A stretch of DNA of 64,000 nt from an uncultured Candidatus Babeliaceae bacterium (GTDB taxonomy: Bacteria > Babelota > Babeliae > Babelales > Babelaceae): positions 160,001 to 224,000 of the forward strand of contig OY969927.1 in the NCBI GenBank assembly GCA_963704655.1. Direction: 5' to 3'. The notes under the pieces were generated by a model. The model saw only the letters and a program-made list of their open reading frames with translations, was not told the DNA's origin and did no database searches. A program made the position numbers and the translations under genes. Positions 29,263 to 38,768 of this stretch are shown piece by piece (the first letter of the stretch is position 1; the number at the start of each line of letters is the position of its first letter).

Positions 29263-30087
29263 TTATCTTACCCTTCGCCCAAAATAGCCTTTAAAGTAGT
29301 AGTTATCCAGATTAAGAAAGGTTTTTGCAGCATCTGCCATCAGCTTAAGAAATTCCCTATATTCTTTTGAACTTCTGCTAAATTTTGGATTTACACTCAG
29401 AGTAGCATCAAAAAAATCGCCTAAATTTCTTAATGCTAGAACTTTTTCTTCCATTTCCTGATCGGTATAACTTGGAAGAGCTTTTGTTTTAGCAAGCATT
29501 TGGGCTGCTTCTTGCAGGGTAAGATGTGCCGCTTGAGGATATTTTGCCGATACTTTTGGCAGATTAATAGCTCGGGATAGTGCTGCGATGCGATCTTCTA
29601 ATGGCTCTTTATCGACTGGTTTATCTTTATATAAATCTATAATGTTGTTAATACTCTGATAGTTAGCAAGAGCTTTAGAAAGTTTCTCCCGTGCTTTCTC
29701 TAAGCCTTGAATATCATTTGGATTTTTTAGGGCCTCTGCTGCGATTTGTTCAGCCTCATGTGCAGGCATTAGTTGTGCTACACTTTCTGCAATAATTTGT
29801 TTAATTGCTGGCGAAGGTGTTGTTGAATAGTTTCGCACAGGAGCTGGGTATGCCATTCTGGCCATCGGTACAAGATTTTGTGTTGTTTTTGAATAATAGT
29901 TCAAGCTTTTTGTTGGAACTGTTGCTGCCGTCAAAAAGGCACGTCCAGTTGCTGCGCGCGCTTGGCCGCCAAAGCGTGTAACGACTGTACGGGCGGCACT
30001 TGCTGCTTCACTTGCCATGCTGTAAGAAAGCTGACCCATAAAGAGGGCTGAAGCTAAAAGTATAATTTTTAAAGATTTGTTTTTCAT
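29263..30087 (-). CDS. Exported protein with signal peptide + mitochondrial-presequence-like segment
   Basis: RBS ggggaga; ...SYS|MASEAASAARTVVTR...VRNYST. Confidence 0.75.
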   Translation of the reverse strand: MKNKSLKIILLASALFMGQLSYSMASEAASAARTVVTRFGGQARAATGRAFLTAATVPTKSLNYYSKTTQNLVPMARMAYPAPVRNYSTTPSPAIKQIIAESVAQLMPAHEAEQIAAEALKNPNDIQGLEKAREKLSKALANYQSINNIIDLYKDKPVDKEPLEDRIAALSRAINLPKVSAKYPQAAHLTLQEAAQMLAKTKALPSYTDQEMEEKVLALRNLGDFFDATLSVNPKFSRSSKEYREFLKLMADAAKTFLNLDNYYFKGYFGRRVR

Positions 30088-30331
30088 AATGTCTCCCCAT
30101 TGAATAATTAATATTTCTAACTATGATTTAATTTTATCAAAAAAAGAGATAAAATTGCAAGTAACTGGTTATATTTTAACTATTTTAAACCTTTTTTACA
30201 GATTTTTTCTCATGAAAAAGGGCCGGTAAAACCGACACTTAATGTAAACATTGACAAATATGAATTGAATTTTATATTCTTAAAATATAGTATTATACTA
30301 GTACAAAAATACAAAAAAGAGGGGATATATA

Positions 30332-31162
30332 ATGAAAATTGGTTTTTTAAAGACTGGGCTTTTGGCGCTTGTTGCAGTTACAGTTTCATTGCAAGCAGTT
30401 TATAATGACGTAACGGTTTTAAGTTTTATAAATGAATTGTCAATTCAAGCAGGAGGCAAGCAGCCTGAGATTGCCTATAGAGTATTAAATCCAGATAATA
30501 GCGTAATTCAAGATTGGAAGGTTTTTTCTGGGCAACAGGAAAATGTTAATATTGTTTTGAAAAGAAAAACTGGTAGATTTGAGAAATTAGAATTTAAAGG
30601 GGTTGGCTACGATAGTAAAGGTTGGTACCCTGTGAACTACAAAAAAGATACGCCAAGTTTTTATTATCAACCAGATGGATATAACAAATCGCTTCATATT
30701 AAACTTAAAGAGTTTGAAATAGAAGAAGCCAATGCGCTTGAGACTACGGTTAAAATTAATAAAGTACGTATTGTCTCGATACAAAATTCTTTTGGCGTAG
30801 ACGCTATAGCAACATTTTCTGATGGGCAGGAATTTAATATACCCAAAAATTCAACAGTTACCATAAATATGGTTTCATCTATGCCCCTTTCGTACATAAT
30901 ATTATATGGTGATTATTGGCCCACGACGGGAATGAAACCTATACCTGATAGGATTGACCCATCTTTGGTAGATAAAGATGGTATAGTAAATTTCGCAATC
31001 ATATGGGGTGGAAAAAATTCATCCGATCAGTTTAAAGTGATTGTACCAACAATGCAAGCACAAGCCGCTACTCCAACAAAATTTGGCTTAGGTAGTACTG
31101 GTACAAAAGCTCCTGCGCATGCAGGCAGAAACGCACCTATTGAAGAATTAGGAGTTGATTAA
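30332..31162 (+). CDS. Hypothetical exported protein
   Basis: Signal peptide (LQA|), RBS gagggg, upstream ttgaca promoter-like site. Confidence 0.75.
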   Translation: MKIGFLKTGLLALVAVTVSLQAVYNDVTVLSFINELSIQAGGKQPEIAYRVLNPDNSVIQDWKVFSGQQENVNIVLKRKTGRFEKLEFKGVGYDSKGWYPVNYKKDTPSFYYQPDGYNKSLHIKLKEFEIEEANALETTVKINKVRIVSIQNSFGVDAIATFSDGQEFNIPKNSTVTINMVSSMPLSYIILYGDYWPTTGMKPIPDRIDPSLVDKDGIVNFAIIWGGKNSSDQFKVIVPTMQAQAATPTKFGLGSTGTKAPAHAGRNAPIEELGVD

Positions 31163-31192
31163 TAAGCATCGACCATAAATAAAAATGTAAAT

Positions 31193-31219
31193 AAAAGGGC
31201 CGCGTAAAACCGGCCCTTT
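31193..31219 (+). terminator. Rho-independent terminator
   Basis: aaagggccg...cggccctttg. Confidence 0.7.
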
Positions 31220-31277
31220 GTTATTTTCTGTTCATGCTTCAAGTCTAGACCGGGGCGGGCAGGCAAGTTTAGACTTT

Positions 31278-31311
31278 ACCCTCCTACGCGCAAGGCTACG
31301 GGGGGCAAGCA
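31278..31311 (+). repeat. REP-like element, family C
   Basis: ccctcctacgcgcaaggctacggggggcaagc between agacttt direct repeats. Confidence 0.65.
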
Positions 31312-31395
31312 AGACTTTGACAAGATTTGCAGATACGTTATTCTTAAAAGAAACGTATTATAGGCAAAAATACTCGATTTACAGGTATAAAAATT

Positions 31396-31638
31396 ATGAA
31401 AAAAAATCTCCACCCAGAAACAAGAAGAACTGTTTTCAAGGACTCAACAACAGGTAAAACCTTCATCTTAGATTCAGTAATGAAAACTGACAATACTATC
31501 GTTCATGACGATGGCAACGTTTATCCGCTTGTTATGTGTTCTTTAACGAGTGATTCGCACCCATTCTTTACCGGTTCACAAAAACACGTTGATACCGCTG
31601 GCCGTATTGAAAAATTCAATAAAAAATTCAAAATTTAA
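31396..31638 (+). CDS. rpmE2: 50S ribosomal protein L31 type B
   Basis: [27 protein letters not shown]; no zinc Cys motif. Confidence 0.93.
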   Translation: MKKNLHPETRRTVFKDSTTGKTFILDSVMKTDNTIVHDDGNVYPLVMCSLTSDSHPFFTGSQKHVDTAGRIEKFNKKFKI

Positions 31639-32735
31639 TGGATTCGATTTCAGCAAGCTTAGCCGCTGTTTCGTGGGACAAGCTCGAAGAACGCTATAAA
31701 GTGCTTTCTGACGAGCTTTTAAGCCCGTCAATTGATCAAAAAAAGCGCTCTGCCCTTCAAAAAGAGTTTTCGCATCTTTCTGAGCTTTTAGAACTGTATA
31801 AAAAAATACAGGCCTTTAGCGTTGAACTTGATGCTGTGCGTAAGCAGAAAACTGAGTCTGTTGATGCTGAATACACGGCGTTATTGGAAGAAGAGGAAGT
31901 TTCTCTTGAGCGCCAGATGAATGAAACTGGCTTTGAGCTTGAAAAATTACTCTTCCCCCCAGATGATCTTGATAACAGATCGGTTTTTTTAGAGATCCGT
32001 GCAGGCACAGGCGGCCAAGAAGCGGCATTATTTGCTGGTGATCTTGCCCGTATGTATATGCTGTATGCCCCTAAAAAGAACTGGCGGACTTCTATTGCAA
32101 GTGAAAGCACCACTGATTTAGGCGGTTTTCGTGATATCGTGTTGCATATTGAGGGCAAAAACGTTTTTGGCCACTTAAAGCAAGAAGCTGGTGTTCATCG
32201 CGTTCAGCGTGTTCCTAGCACTGAAACCCAAGGGCGCATTCATACTTCAACTGCAACTATTGCCGTTTTTCCTGAAGCTGATGAAGTAGAATTTTCTGTT
32301 AACCCAAGTGACTTGCGTATCGATGTTTATCGTGCAAGTGGCGCTGGGGGGCAACATGTTAATACTACCGATTCTGCTGTTCGAATTACCCATATTCCAA
32401 CTGGTGTAGTTGTTGCGTGCCAAGATGAGCGTTCGCAGCATAAAAATAAGGCTAAAGCTCTTAAAGAGTTACAGTCTCGCCTGTATAGTTCTCATAAAGA
32501 GAAGCAGGATGCTGAAATGGCAGCCCAGCGCAAAGAACAGGTTGGTACTGCTACACGTTCAGAAAAAGTACGTACCTATAACTACCCACAAAACCGTGTA
32601 ACGGACCACCAGGTTGAAATTACCCTTAATAAACTTGATATTATTATGGAGGGTAACCTGGACGATGTTATCGAGCCCCTTATGAAAAAAGATCTTGAAG
32701 AGCGTAGAAAAAAGGCGCTGAGTTCAAATTTTTAA
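31638..32735 (+). CDS. prfA: Peptide chain release factor 1
   Basis: [15 protein letters not shown] (PxT), [21 protein letters not shown]. Confidence 0.96.
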   Translation: MDSISASLAAVSWDKLEERYKVLSDELLSPSIDQKKRSALQKEFSHLSELLELYKKIQAFSVELDAVRKQKTESVDAEYTALLEEEEVSLERQMNETGFELEKLLFPPDDLDNRSVFLEIRAGTGGQEAALFAGDLARMYMLYAPKKNWRTSIASESTTDLGGFRDIVLHIEGKNVFGHLKQEAGVHRVQRVPSTETQGRIHTSTATIAVFPEADEVEFSVNPSDLRIDVYRASGAGGQHVNTTDSAVRITHIPTGVVVACQDERSQHKNKAKALKELQSRLYSSHKEKQDAEMAAQRKEQVGTATRSEKVRTYNYPQNRVTDHQVEITLNKLDIIMEGNLDDVIEPLMKKDLEERRKKALSSNF

Positions 32736-32772
32736 TGTATTTGACCCTTCGACTTCGCTCAGGGTGAGCGGG
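32735..32772 (-). repeat. REP-like element, family A, between 22-bp direct repeats
   Basis: Exact reverse complement of 5812-5849. Confidence 0.9.
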
Positions 32773-32820
32773 TTTGGGCGCTGAGTTCAAATTTTTAAGA
32801 GTATTAAAAAGAGAGTTAGT

Positions 32821-34059
32821 ATGAACAATATCTTTTCAGTGTATCCAGCACTTTCGTCTTTGGTTGGTGCAGTTCTTACCCTATCAGTCGCTTATATCTT
32901 TTCGCTTAAGCGAAAGAGTATATCTTTTAAAACAGTTTTTTTAACTATTGCTTTGGAGCTTTTATTACTTCTTTGTTTATTGAAAACTCCTGTTGGTGAA
33001 CAGATACTTTATCAGCTGGTAGCTGTGACGAAAGTTATTAATACATCCGCCCATGAAGGAATAGCATTTGTCTTTGGTGCCCTTGGAACGCCAACAGCGC
33101 CGTGGGGCTTTGTTTTTGCAGTGCATGTGTTACCGGTGATTATCTTTTTTTCAGCACTTATTTCTGCATTATCCTATCTTGGTGCAGTAGATGTTATTAT
33201 TCGTATATTCTCTTTTTTTATTCGGCCGTTACTGGGTACTTCAAATCCAGAAACTGCATCTGTAGTTGCTAAAAGTTTTTTAGGGCCAACAGAGGCGCAG
33301 CTTTTTATTCGTGAATATTTGCCAACCATGAGTGAGTCAGAGCTCTTTGCGGTTATGGTAAGTGGCTTGAGTATGATAAGTGCTTCGTTATTTGCCATTT
33401 ATATCGAAATGGGCGCTCCGGGTAACCACCTTATAGCTGCTAATCTTATAGGGGTTCCTGGCTCAATTCTCTTTGCAAAAATTATTATGCCTACTGTACA
33501 TACAAAGCAAGATGCAAAGACCGTTGATGTAGAACCAATTATTGTGCGCAGGCCCCAGAACCTTATAGAAGCTATTATTCAGGGTAGTTTAGATGGGTTA
33601 CAGCTGGTATTGGCAATAGGGGCGCTCTTAATATCATTTTTGGCGCTTATTGCATTATTAAATGGCATATTTGTTTATACTGGTTCATTTTTTGGTATTA
33701 CTGGGTTTAATTTTCAGGATTTAATTGGCTATCTTTTTGCCCCATGCGGCTTTTTAATGGGCCTACCCACGTATGAAGCTTTTCAGGTTTCTGAGCTTAT
33801 TGGTATAAAATTCTTGGCAAATGAAATGGTCGCTTTTGGTGAACTGGCAGGTAAGCATCTTTCCGAGCGGGGTTTAATCATGGCTACGTACGCCTTATGC
33901 GGCTTTGCTAATATAGCGTGTGTTGGTATTGTTGTTGGTGGCTTGAGCACATTGGTGCCAAACCGTCGTTCGGGCCTGAGCGCACTGGGGTGGTATGCAC
34001 TTCTTGCTGCAACATTATCTAATCTCTTTTCTGCCTATCTTGTGGGTATATTCTTCTAG
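32821..34059 (+). CDS. Concentrative nucleoside transporter (NupC/CNT)
   Basis: GIAFVFG, VLPVIIFFSAL, FLGPTEA, NEMVAF, YALCGFAN. Confidence 0.92.
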   Translation: MNNIFSVYPALSSLVGAVLTLSVAYIFSLKRKSISFKTVFLTIALELLLLLCLLKTPVGEQILYQLVAVTKVINTSAHEGIAFVFGALGTPTAPWGFVFAVHVLPVIIFFSALISALSYLGAVDVIIRIFSFFIRPLLGTSNPETASVVAKSFLGPTEAQLFIREYLPTMSESELFAVMVSGLSMISASLFAIYIEMGAPGNHLIAANLIGVPGSILFAKIIMPTVHTKQDAKTVDVEPIIVRRPQNLIEAIIQGSLDGLQLVLAIGALLISFLALIALLNGIFVYTGSFFGITGFNFQDLIGYLFAPCGFLMGLPTYEAFQVSELIGIKFLANEMVAFGELAGKHLSERGLIMATYALCGFANIACVGIVVGGLSTLVPNRRSGLSALGWYALLAATLSNLFSAYLVGIFF

Positions 34060-34184
34060 CATTGTTATTTATCCGCCCTGGCTATTGATCTCTTTTATTC
34101 TTAGAGTATTATTGACTATTTGACAATAATTAAATTACACTGAAAGAAAGTAGATAGAATATAGTAGATTTAAGGGAGAATTTC

Positions 34185-35573
34185 ATGAAGATCGGTCTAT
34201 TTCAATATATGGTGATCTTGTTAATGCCTTGTAGTGTATTAATTTTTGCAATGGATGACGCTGCTGCAATTAAACAGCTTGGATTATTGTATGATAAAGG
34301 TAATGCGAGTCTTCAAATAGCTGATATTAATAATGCATTAACTAATTTTAAGCTTGTCATGGATACTAAAATTTCAAACCCTAGGTTTGAAGAATTTTCA
34401 TTAAAAATACGTGCTGCTGAAAAAATTGTAGAAATTTATCAAAGACTTAATGACCTACAGCATGTTCAAAAATATATTGCCTACGTTACAAAAAATTATG
34501 AAGATGCCTTTAATAGTTTAGATCGAAAAGGCGATTATGAGCACGCGCTCATGTTAGCTCATATATTGTATGATTTATATAATAATGGAAAATATACGTC
34601 AATTAGTGGCCAACAATACGAGCTCCCATTAGCCAGAGGTGATATAAATAAATATGTTCAGACACAAAATATTAACTTTTATTCAAAATATATTAATGAA
34701 GCTCTGCTTATGCCTTATAAAAAGGGTGTAGGAATTTTAGCGGATTCAGCACTTAAGAAGAATGGCGAAAAAAAAGGTCTTGAAAAACAGGCATTTGATT
34801 TATTTGTAGAGGCTGAAAAAAATAATCCTGCGCTGTTTAAGCTTCAGCACCAATTGGCTTTAATGTATAAAGATGGCATTGGAACAGAAAAAAATTTAAT
34901 TACTGCACAAGTATATGCTATAAAAGCTCTTTCATCTGCGCAAAATACAGATGAGAAAAACTCAGCTCAGGAATTAAGTGATCTTATTAAAGTTGATCAA
35001 ACGATTAATCAAAGCAAGAAAATCGAAGCAAAAGATTATGCAGATCGTGGCTTTGAGAAATTAAGACAATTTCAAAATCCACCACAGGGCTCTTCTGTTG
35101 AAGGCTTTGATCAAGAGGCATTGATATTATTAGGAAAAGCTAGTCTTCTTGATCCAAATAACTTAGATGTTGAATTTAAATTAGCGGAAATGTACTTAAA
35201 GGGTATCGGGACAAAGCCAAATGGCATTCCAGATCCAGTTTCTGCACACCAACATGCAAAGCAAGCATTAAAGATTGCAACGGCTCAAGGTGTTGATGAG
35301 TTTATTAAACGTGCTGAAGAATTAATCTCTTACATTATTAAAGCGCGTAAAAGTTTGCTGGAGCAAAAGATTATAGAGAAAAGTAAAGAACCAGCGGTGA
35401 AGGATGTTGAAGAGCCAGAGGAAACTATAAGCAAAAGAAAATCAATTACATTTGTAACTTCCTTTGATGATTCGCGTACAAGGTCAGCCTCATCAAGTAG
35501 CTCTTCTTCAGGCGATGATAAACGTAAATCGGTTTTTGATATATTTAAAAAAGATAAAGATACTGATAAATAG
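34185..35573 (+). CDS. Exported Sel1/TPR-like protein with Ser-rich tail
   Basis: Signal + MDD; LALMYKDGIGTEKN, LAEMYLKGIGT. Confidence 0.75.
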   Translation: MKIGLFQYMVILLMPCSVLIFAMDDAAAIKQLGLLYDKGNASLQIADINNALTNFKLVMDTKISNPRFEEFSLKIRAAEKIVEIYQRLNDLQHVQKYIAYVTKNYEDAFNSLDRKGDYEHALMLAHILYDLYNNGKYTSISGQQYELPLARGDINKYVQTQNINFYSKYINEALLMPYKKGVGILADSALKKNGEKKGLEKQAFDLFVEAEKNNPALFKLQHQLALMYKDGIGTEKNLITAQVYAIKALSSAQNTDEKNSAQELSDLIKVDQTINQSKKIEAKDYADRGFEKLRQFQNPPQGSSVEGFDQEALILLGKASLLDPNNLDVEFKLAEMYLKGIGTKPNGIPDPVSAHQHAKQALKIATAQGVDEFIKRAEELISYIIKARKSLLEQKIIEKSKEPAVKDVEEPEETISKRKSITFVTSFDDSRTRSASSSSSSSGDDKRKSVFDIFKKDKDTDK

Positions 35574-35587
35574 AATAGGATATCTCT

Positions 35588-36181
35588 ATGGCAATTAATT
35601 TAAAAGCAGAAAAAACGTGTTCAACATTAGTTGATTGTTTGTGCGATATCATGCTGCAACTAAAGGTGTTGAAACAAGATGATATAGCCGCGTTAAAAAA
35701 AGATTTTCATGATAATTCTATACCCGTCTTTGAGGATTTTCTTCTAGAAGAAGGGCTTGTAGAAAAAGAGGATTTATTAAAAGCTTTAGGCATTTTTTAT
35801 AAAACTCAGGCTATAGATGCCGAAGGTTTCTTTTTTGATCATCATCTGGTAAAAATGTTTCCTAAAGATGAGATGGTTCGTAATATGTTTATCCCTTACG
35901 AACGCGATGGAGATAACGGTGATGTTCTTTTTGTCTTAGCAGCAAATCCGCATAACCCAGATTTGCCCGCTATTGTTGGAAAGTATGTTTCATATGACGT
36001 TGTCTTTTTTGTCAGTATATCAAGCGATATCGATGAGGCTATCAAAGAATATTTTGATAAGCCACTCTATGAAGTTGAACCGGATATTGTTAATGCCGAA
36101 GATGCTCGACGAGAAGAGCATCCGGTTGATACTATGATCGATGAGCTTATGGCTGACGAATCACATGAAGGTAACGACTAA
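35588..36181 (+). CDS. Stand-alone GspE/PilB N-terminal (T2SSE_N/MshEN-like) domain protein
   Basis: FLLEEGLVEKEDLLKAL, 'FIPY', 'VLAANP', 'DIDEAIKEYF'. Confidence 0.65.
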   Translation: MAINLKAEKTCSTLVDCLCDIMLQLKVLKQDDIAALKKDFHDNSIPVFEDFLLEEGLVEKEDLLKALGIFYKTQAIDAEGFFFDHHLVKMFPKDEMVRNMFIPYERDGDNGDVLFVLAANPHNPDLPAIVGKYVSYDVVFFVSISSDIDEAIKEYFDKPLYEVEPDIVNAEDARREEHPVDTMIDELMADESHEGND

Positions 36182-36212
36182 TATTTTAAAAAAGTAATGT
36201 TCTTTATTTACC

Positions 36213-36246
36213 GCCGCACAAGTGTATAGCTTGTGCGGCTTTTTTT
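36213..36246 (+). terminator. Rho-independent terminator
   Basis: gccgcacaag...cttgtgcggc + T-run. Confidence 0.85.
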
Positions 36247-36258
36247 GTTACTCGTTAC

Positions 36259-37575
36259 TTATCCATTATATGTGTGTAAGCAAATCGTAATATGCGATTG
36301 GCAGTCATAGCAGTAATGAATATTTTTAAGTTCTTCAACTAATCTTGTTAATCTGTGATTTCTGTCTGCAAGATCATTATTTTCTTGGCGCAAGGCGCCA
36401 TTCACTCTTTGCAGTTGCAATAAGCTATATTCAAGTGAACTGTTAGCTATCTTGAGCTGTTCGATCTCTCTTTTTAGTTCTTCTTGGTAATAGTGTGAAC
36501 TAGAAAATACTGGTTGAGGTGCATGGTTATTTTGATGGATATGTATGGTAGTCTCTGGACGTATATAATACATATCGCGCATGAAGTTGCCTGTGTTATC
36601 AAAATACATCGTAGTATGTGGTTGGCACGCATGACAGTAGCGTATATTTCTTAGCTCTTCAACCAACCGGTAAAGCATCTGGTTTTTGCTTGCAAGATTA
36701 TTGTTTTCATAATGCAAACTCATATTTTCTTGCTGCTTTTGCGAAATTTTGTGCTGAAGTGAGCTATACGTAGCTCGTAAGCTTTCAATCTGCATCGTTT
36801 GTTCTTCTATATAATAAGCAGAACTTGTTTTGATCGATTGAATGGTTTGGCAGCTTTCCTGAATAAGTCTTGAGCTTTCTGAGGTCATGCAATTATTATC
36901 TTGAATAAATTTTTTATAAATCCCAGATGTGTTTTGTAACACTTTTACATAATCATGTAATGGATAATTTTTTGTTGAGCCATAATTATAGGCATTAACC
37001 AGATTATGTTCAAGCTCTTTTATTATTTCAAATGTTACGGTATGTGTGTCATAAGCACGCATATCTGCTCTTTGATAAAAAAGATTTGCAAAACGTATTT
37101 TACCTTCGCATCGTTGCACATCGCTGGAATACGCATACTGAGTATAATATTTGTACCGTTTAATGCGTGTTTGTTCTTCTTCAAGACTATTGATATAGCT
37201 GAATGCTTGTGCAAAAACTTGATTAGTAATAGTGCTTCCCCTATTATCTACGATTTTGAGTGAGCGATTTTGTTCAAAATTACTGTAGATGAACTTTTTA
37301 TAGACATCAATAAGTGGGGCAAGTGAATCTTGCTTAGCTGCTTGCATATAGATATTGGGCGTATTAACTTTTCTACAAAATTCATGAATCGCATTTTGGC
37401 AATTTTGTTCAGAAGAATAATGGGTATGGTCATATAAAAGATAACTTGCACCACCAATAATGGCCCCGATTGCAGCAGCGGCAATGCCCCCGGTTATGGG
37501 GTCAATAGTGCGTGTAGGTGTGGTTAATGTTAGGGGAATAAGGGATAAAAAAAGAGCTGTACGTTTAAGTTGCAT
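36259..37575 (-). CDS. Exported/membrane protein with duplicated coiled-coil + CxxCxxH module
   Basis: Signal, TM (GGIAAAAIGAIIGG), two LVEEL.NI.YC..CQ.H repeats; RBS aggagga. Confidence 0.75.
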   Translation of the reverse strand: MQLKRTALFLSLIPLTLTTPTRTIDPITGGIAAAAIGAIIGGASYLLYDHTHYSSEQNCQNAIHEFCRKVNTPNIYMQAAKQDSLAPLIDVYKKFIYSNFEQNRSLKIVDNRGSTITNQVFAQAFSYINSLEEEQTRIKRYKYYTQYAYSSDVQRCEGKIRFANLFYQRADMRAYDTHTVTFEIIKELEHNLVNAYNYGSTKNYPLHDYVKVLQNTSGIYKKFIQDNNCMTSESSRLIQESCQTIQSIKTSSAYYIEEQTMQIESLRATYSSLQHKISQKQQENMSLHYENNNLASKNQMLYRLVEELRNIRYCHACQPHTTMYFDNTGNFMRDMYYIRPETTIHIHQNNHAPQPVFSSSHYYQEELKREIEQLKIANSSLEYSLLQLQRVNGALRQENNDLADRNHRLTRLVEELKNIHYCYDCQSHITICLHTYNG

Positions 37576-37616
37576 GATATATCCTCCTAGAAAATAAGCA
37601 ATTATTGTACCTTATG

Positions 37617-37714
37617 AGCCTAGCAGGCATATCTGTGCTCGTCAAACAACTAGGATTATGCTAGATTTAATCGACTTTTTTTAAAACTATTGGGAGCCAT
37701 TATGCAAAAAATAA
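37617..37714 (+). repeat. 98-bp exact direct repeat (copy 1; copy 2 at 39131-39228)
   Basis: agcctagcaggc...atgcaaaaaataa identical in both copies. Confidence 0.9.
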
Positions 37715-38691
37715 GCTTGTTCTTGTTGGGAATCACTATTTTCCAGAATTTTTCTTTAGGTGCTACTGAATCTGGAAAATCAACATACAGCTTTCCTGCA
37801 GTTGTGGGTGCTATCGCTTTTTTAGGCGAAAATATTATGGTGTCAGATAAAGACAAAGGACTTTGTTTAAAAGATTTTCAGGGCAATACACTAAAAGAAT
37901 ATAATGGAGGGGACACGGATCCTGTTGAGGCATTAGTGGTATCACATGATAAAACCTTTATGGCACATGCTAAAAGAAAGGGTAATGCGGTAAAGCTTTT
38001 TGATATGAATACGGGAAAATGCATACATACAATTACCACAAGAGAAAAATTTTTTACTTATAGACTCTGTGTAGATGAAACTGGAAATATCATTACGGGA
38101 AATGACAGAATGGATTGTTTTGTGGTAGATAAAAGAACGGGTAAAATTACCGCAAAAAGTAATGAAACTGAACCATTAGGTTTATTTGAACATGTTTTAA
38201 GTCCATCAGGGAAAGAGATAGTATTTGTAAGAGCTTGTCCAAATAATGTGCATTTTGTATGGGATTTAAGAAATAATAGGCATAGAGCTTTTAAGGAATA
38301 CCATCTTTCGCCATCTACCTCATCTGTCGATTGGACCAGTAATAATCCAGTCGTTATTGGCAATTGCGATAATACCGTAGATATTTTTAGTGCACAGAGA
38401 AGCTATTATAAAGAAAGAACTATCACATTACCTGCAAGTTCGCATGCGAATGTAATTGTTAAGTCCAATCCAAAAAGTAACGTGCTTGCTGCAGCTACTA
38501 AAGAAGATAATACATTATTTATATGTGATTCTGTAACCGGTGAAATTGTAGATCGATTGCAACCACAGGGTTGTTTTAAATATTGTACTTCTCGACTTGC
38601 ATGGGATGAAACGGGAAATATTTTTGCAGGATCTTCAGAAAAAAGTGGTCTTGTTGAGATCTGGGATCTTTCAAAAAAATCTGATAATTAA
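37702..38691 (+). CDS. Exported WD40-like beta-propeller protein, paralog 1
   Basis: VKLFDMNTGKCIHTI, FVWDL, VEIWDL; ATG after GGGAG RBS. Confidence 0.8.
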   Translation: MQKISLFLLGITIFQNFSLGATESGKSTYSFPAVVGAIAFLGENIMVSDKDKGLCLKDFQGNTLKEYNGGDTDPVEALVVSHDKTFMAHAKRKGNAVKLFDMNTGKCIHTITTREKFFTYRLCVDETGNIITGNDRMDCFVVDKRTGKITAKSNETEPLGLFEHVLSPSGKEIVFVRACPNNVHFVWDLRNNRHRAFKEYHLSPSTSSVDWTSNNPVVIGNCDNTVDIFSAQRSYYKERTITLPASSHANVIVKSNPKSNVLAAATKEDNTLFICDSVTGEIVDRLQPQGCFKYCTSRLAWDETGNIFAGSSEKSGLVEIWDLSKKSDN

Positions 38692-38768
38692 AAAAACTAT
38701 TTATCTTTATTTCTAGAAAAGCTATAGTAGATTCAACTATATTTTTAAACAACACAAAGGAAGTAATT

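Noticed and set aside
6610-31200. tRNA-anchored genomic island or prophage
   Set aside because: No integrase, no distal att duplication seen, no phage genes; native REPs occur throughout
37656-37856. Paired 66-aa minus-strand ORFs (also 39170-39370)
   Set aside because: Antisense products of the duplicated WD40 5' region
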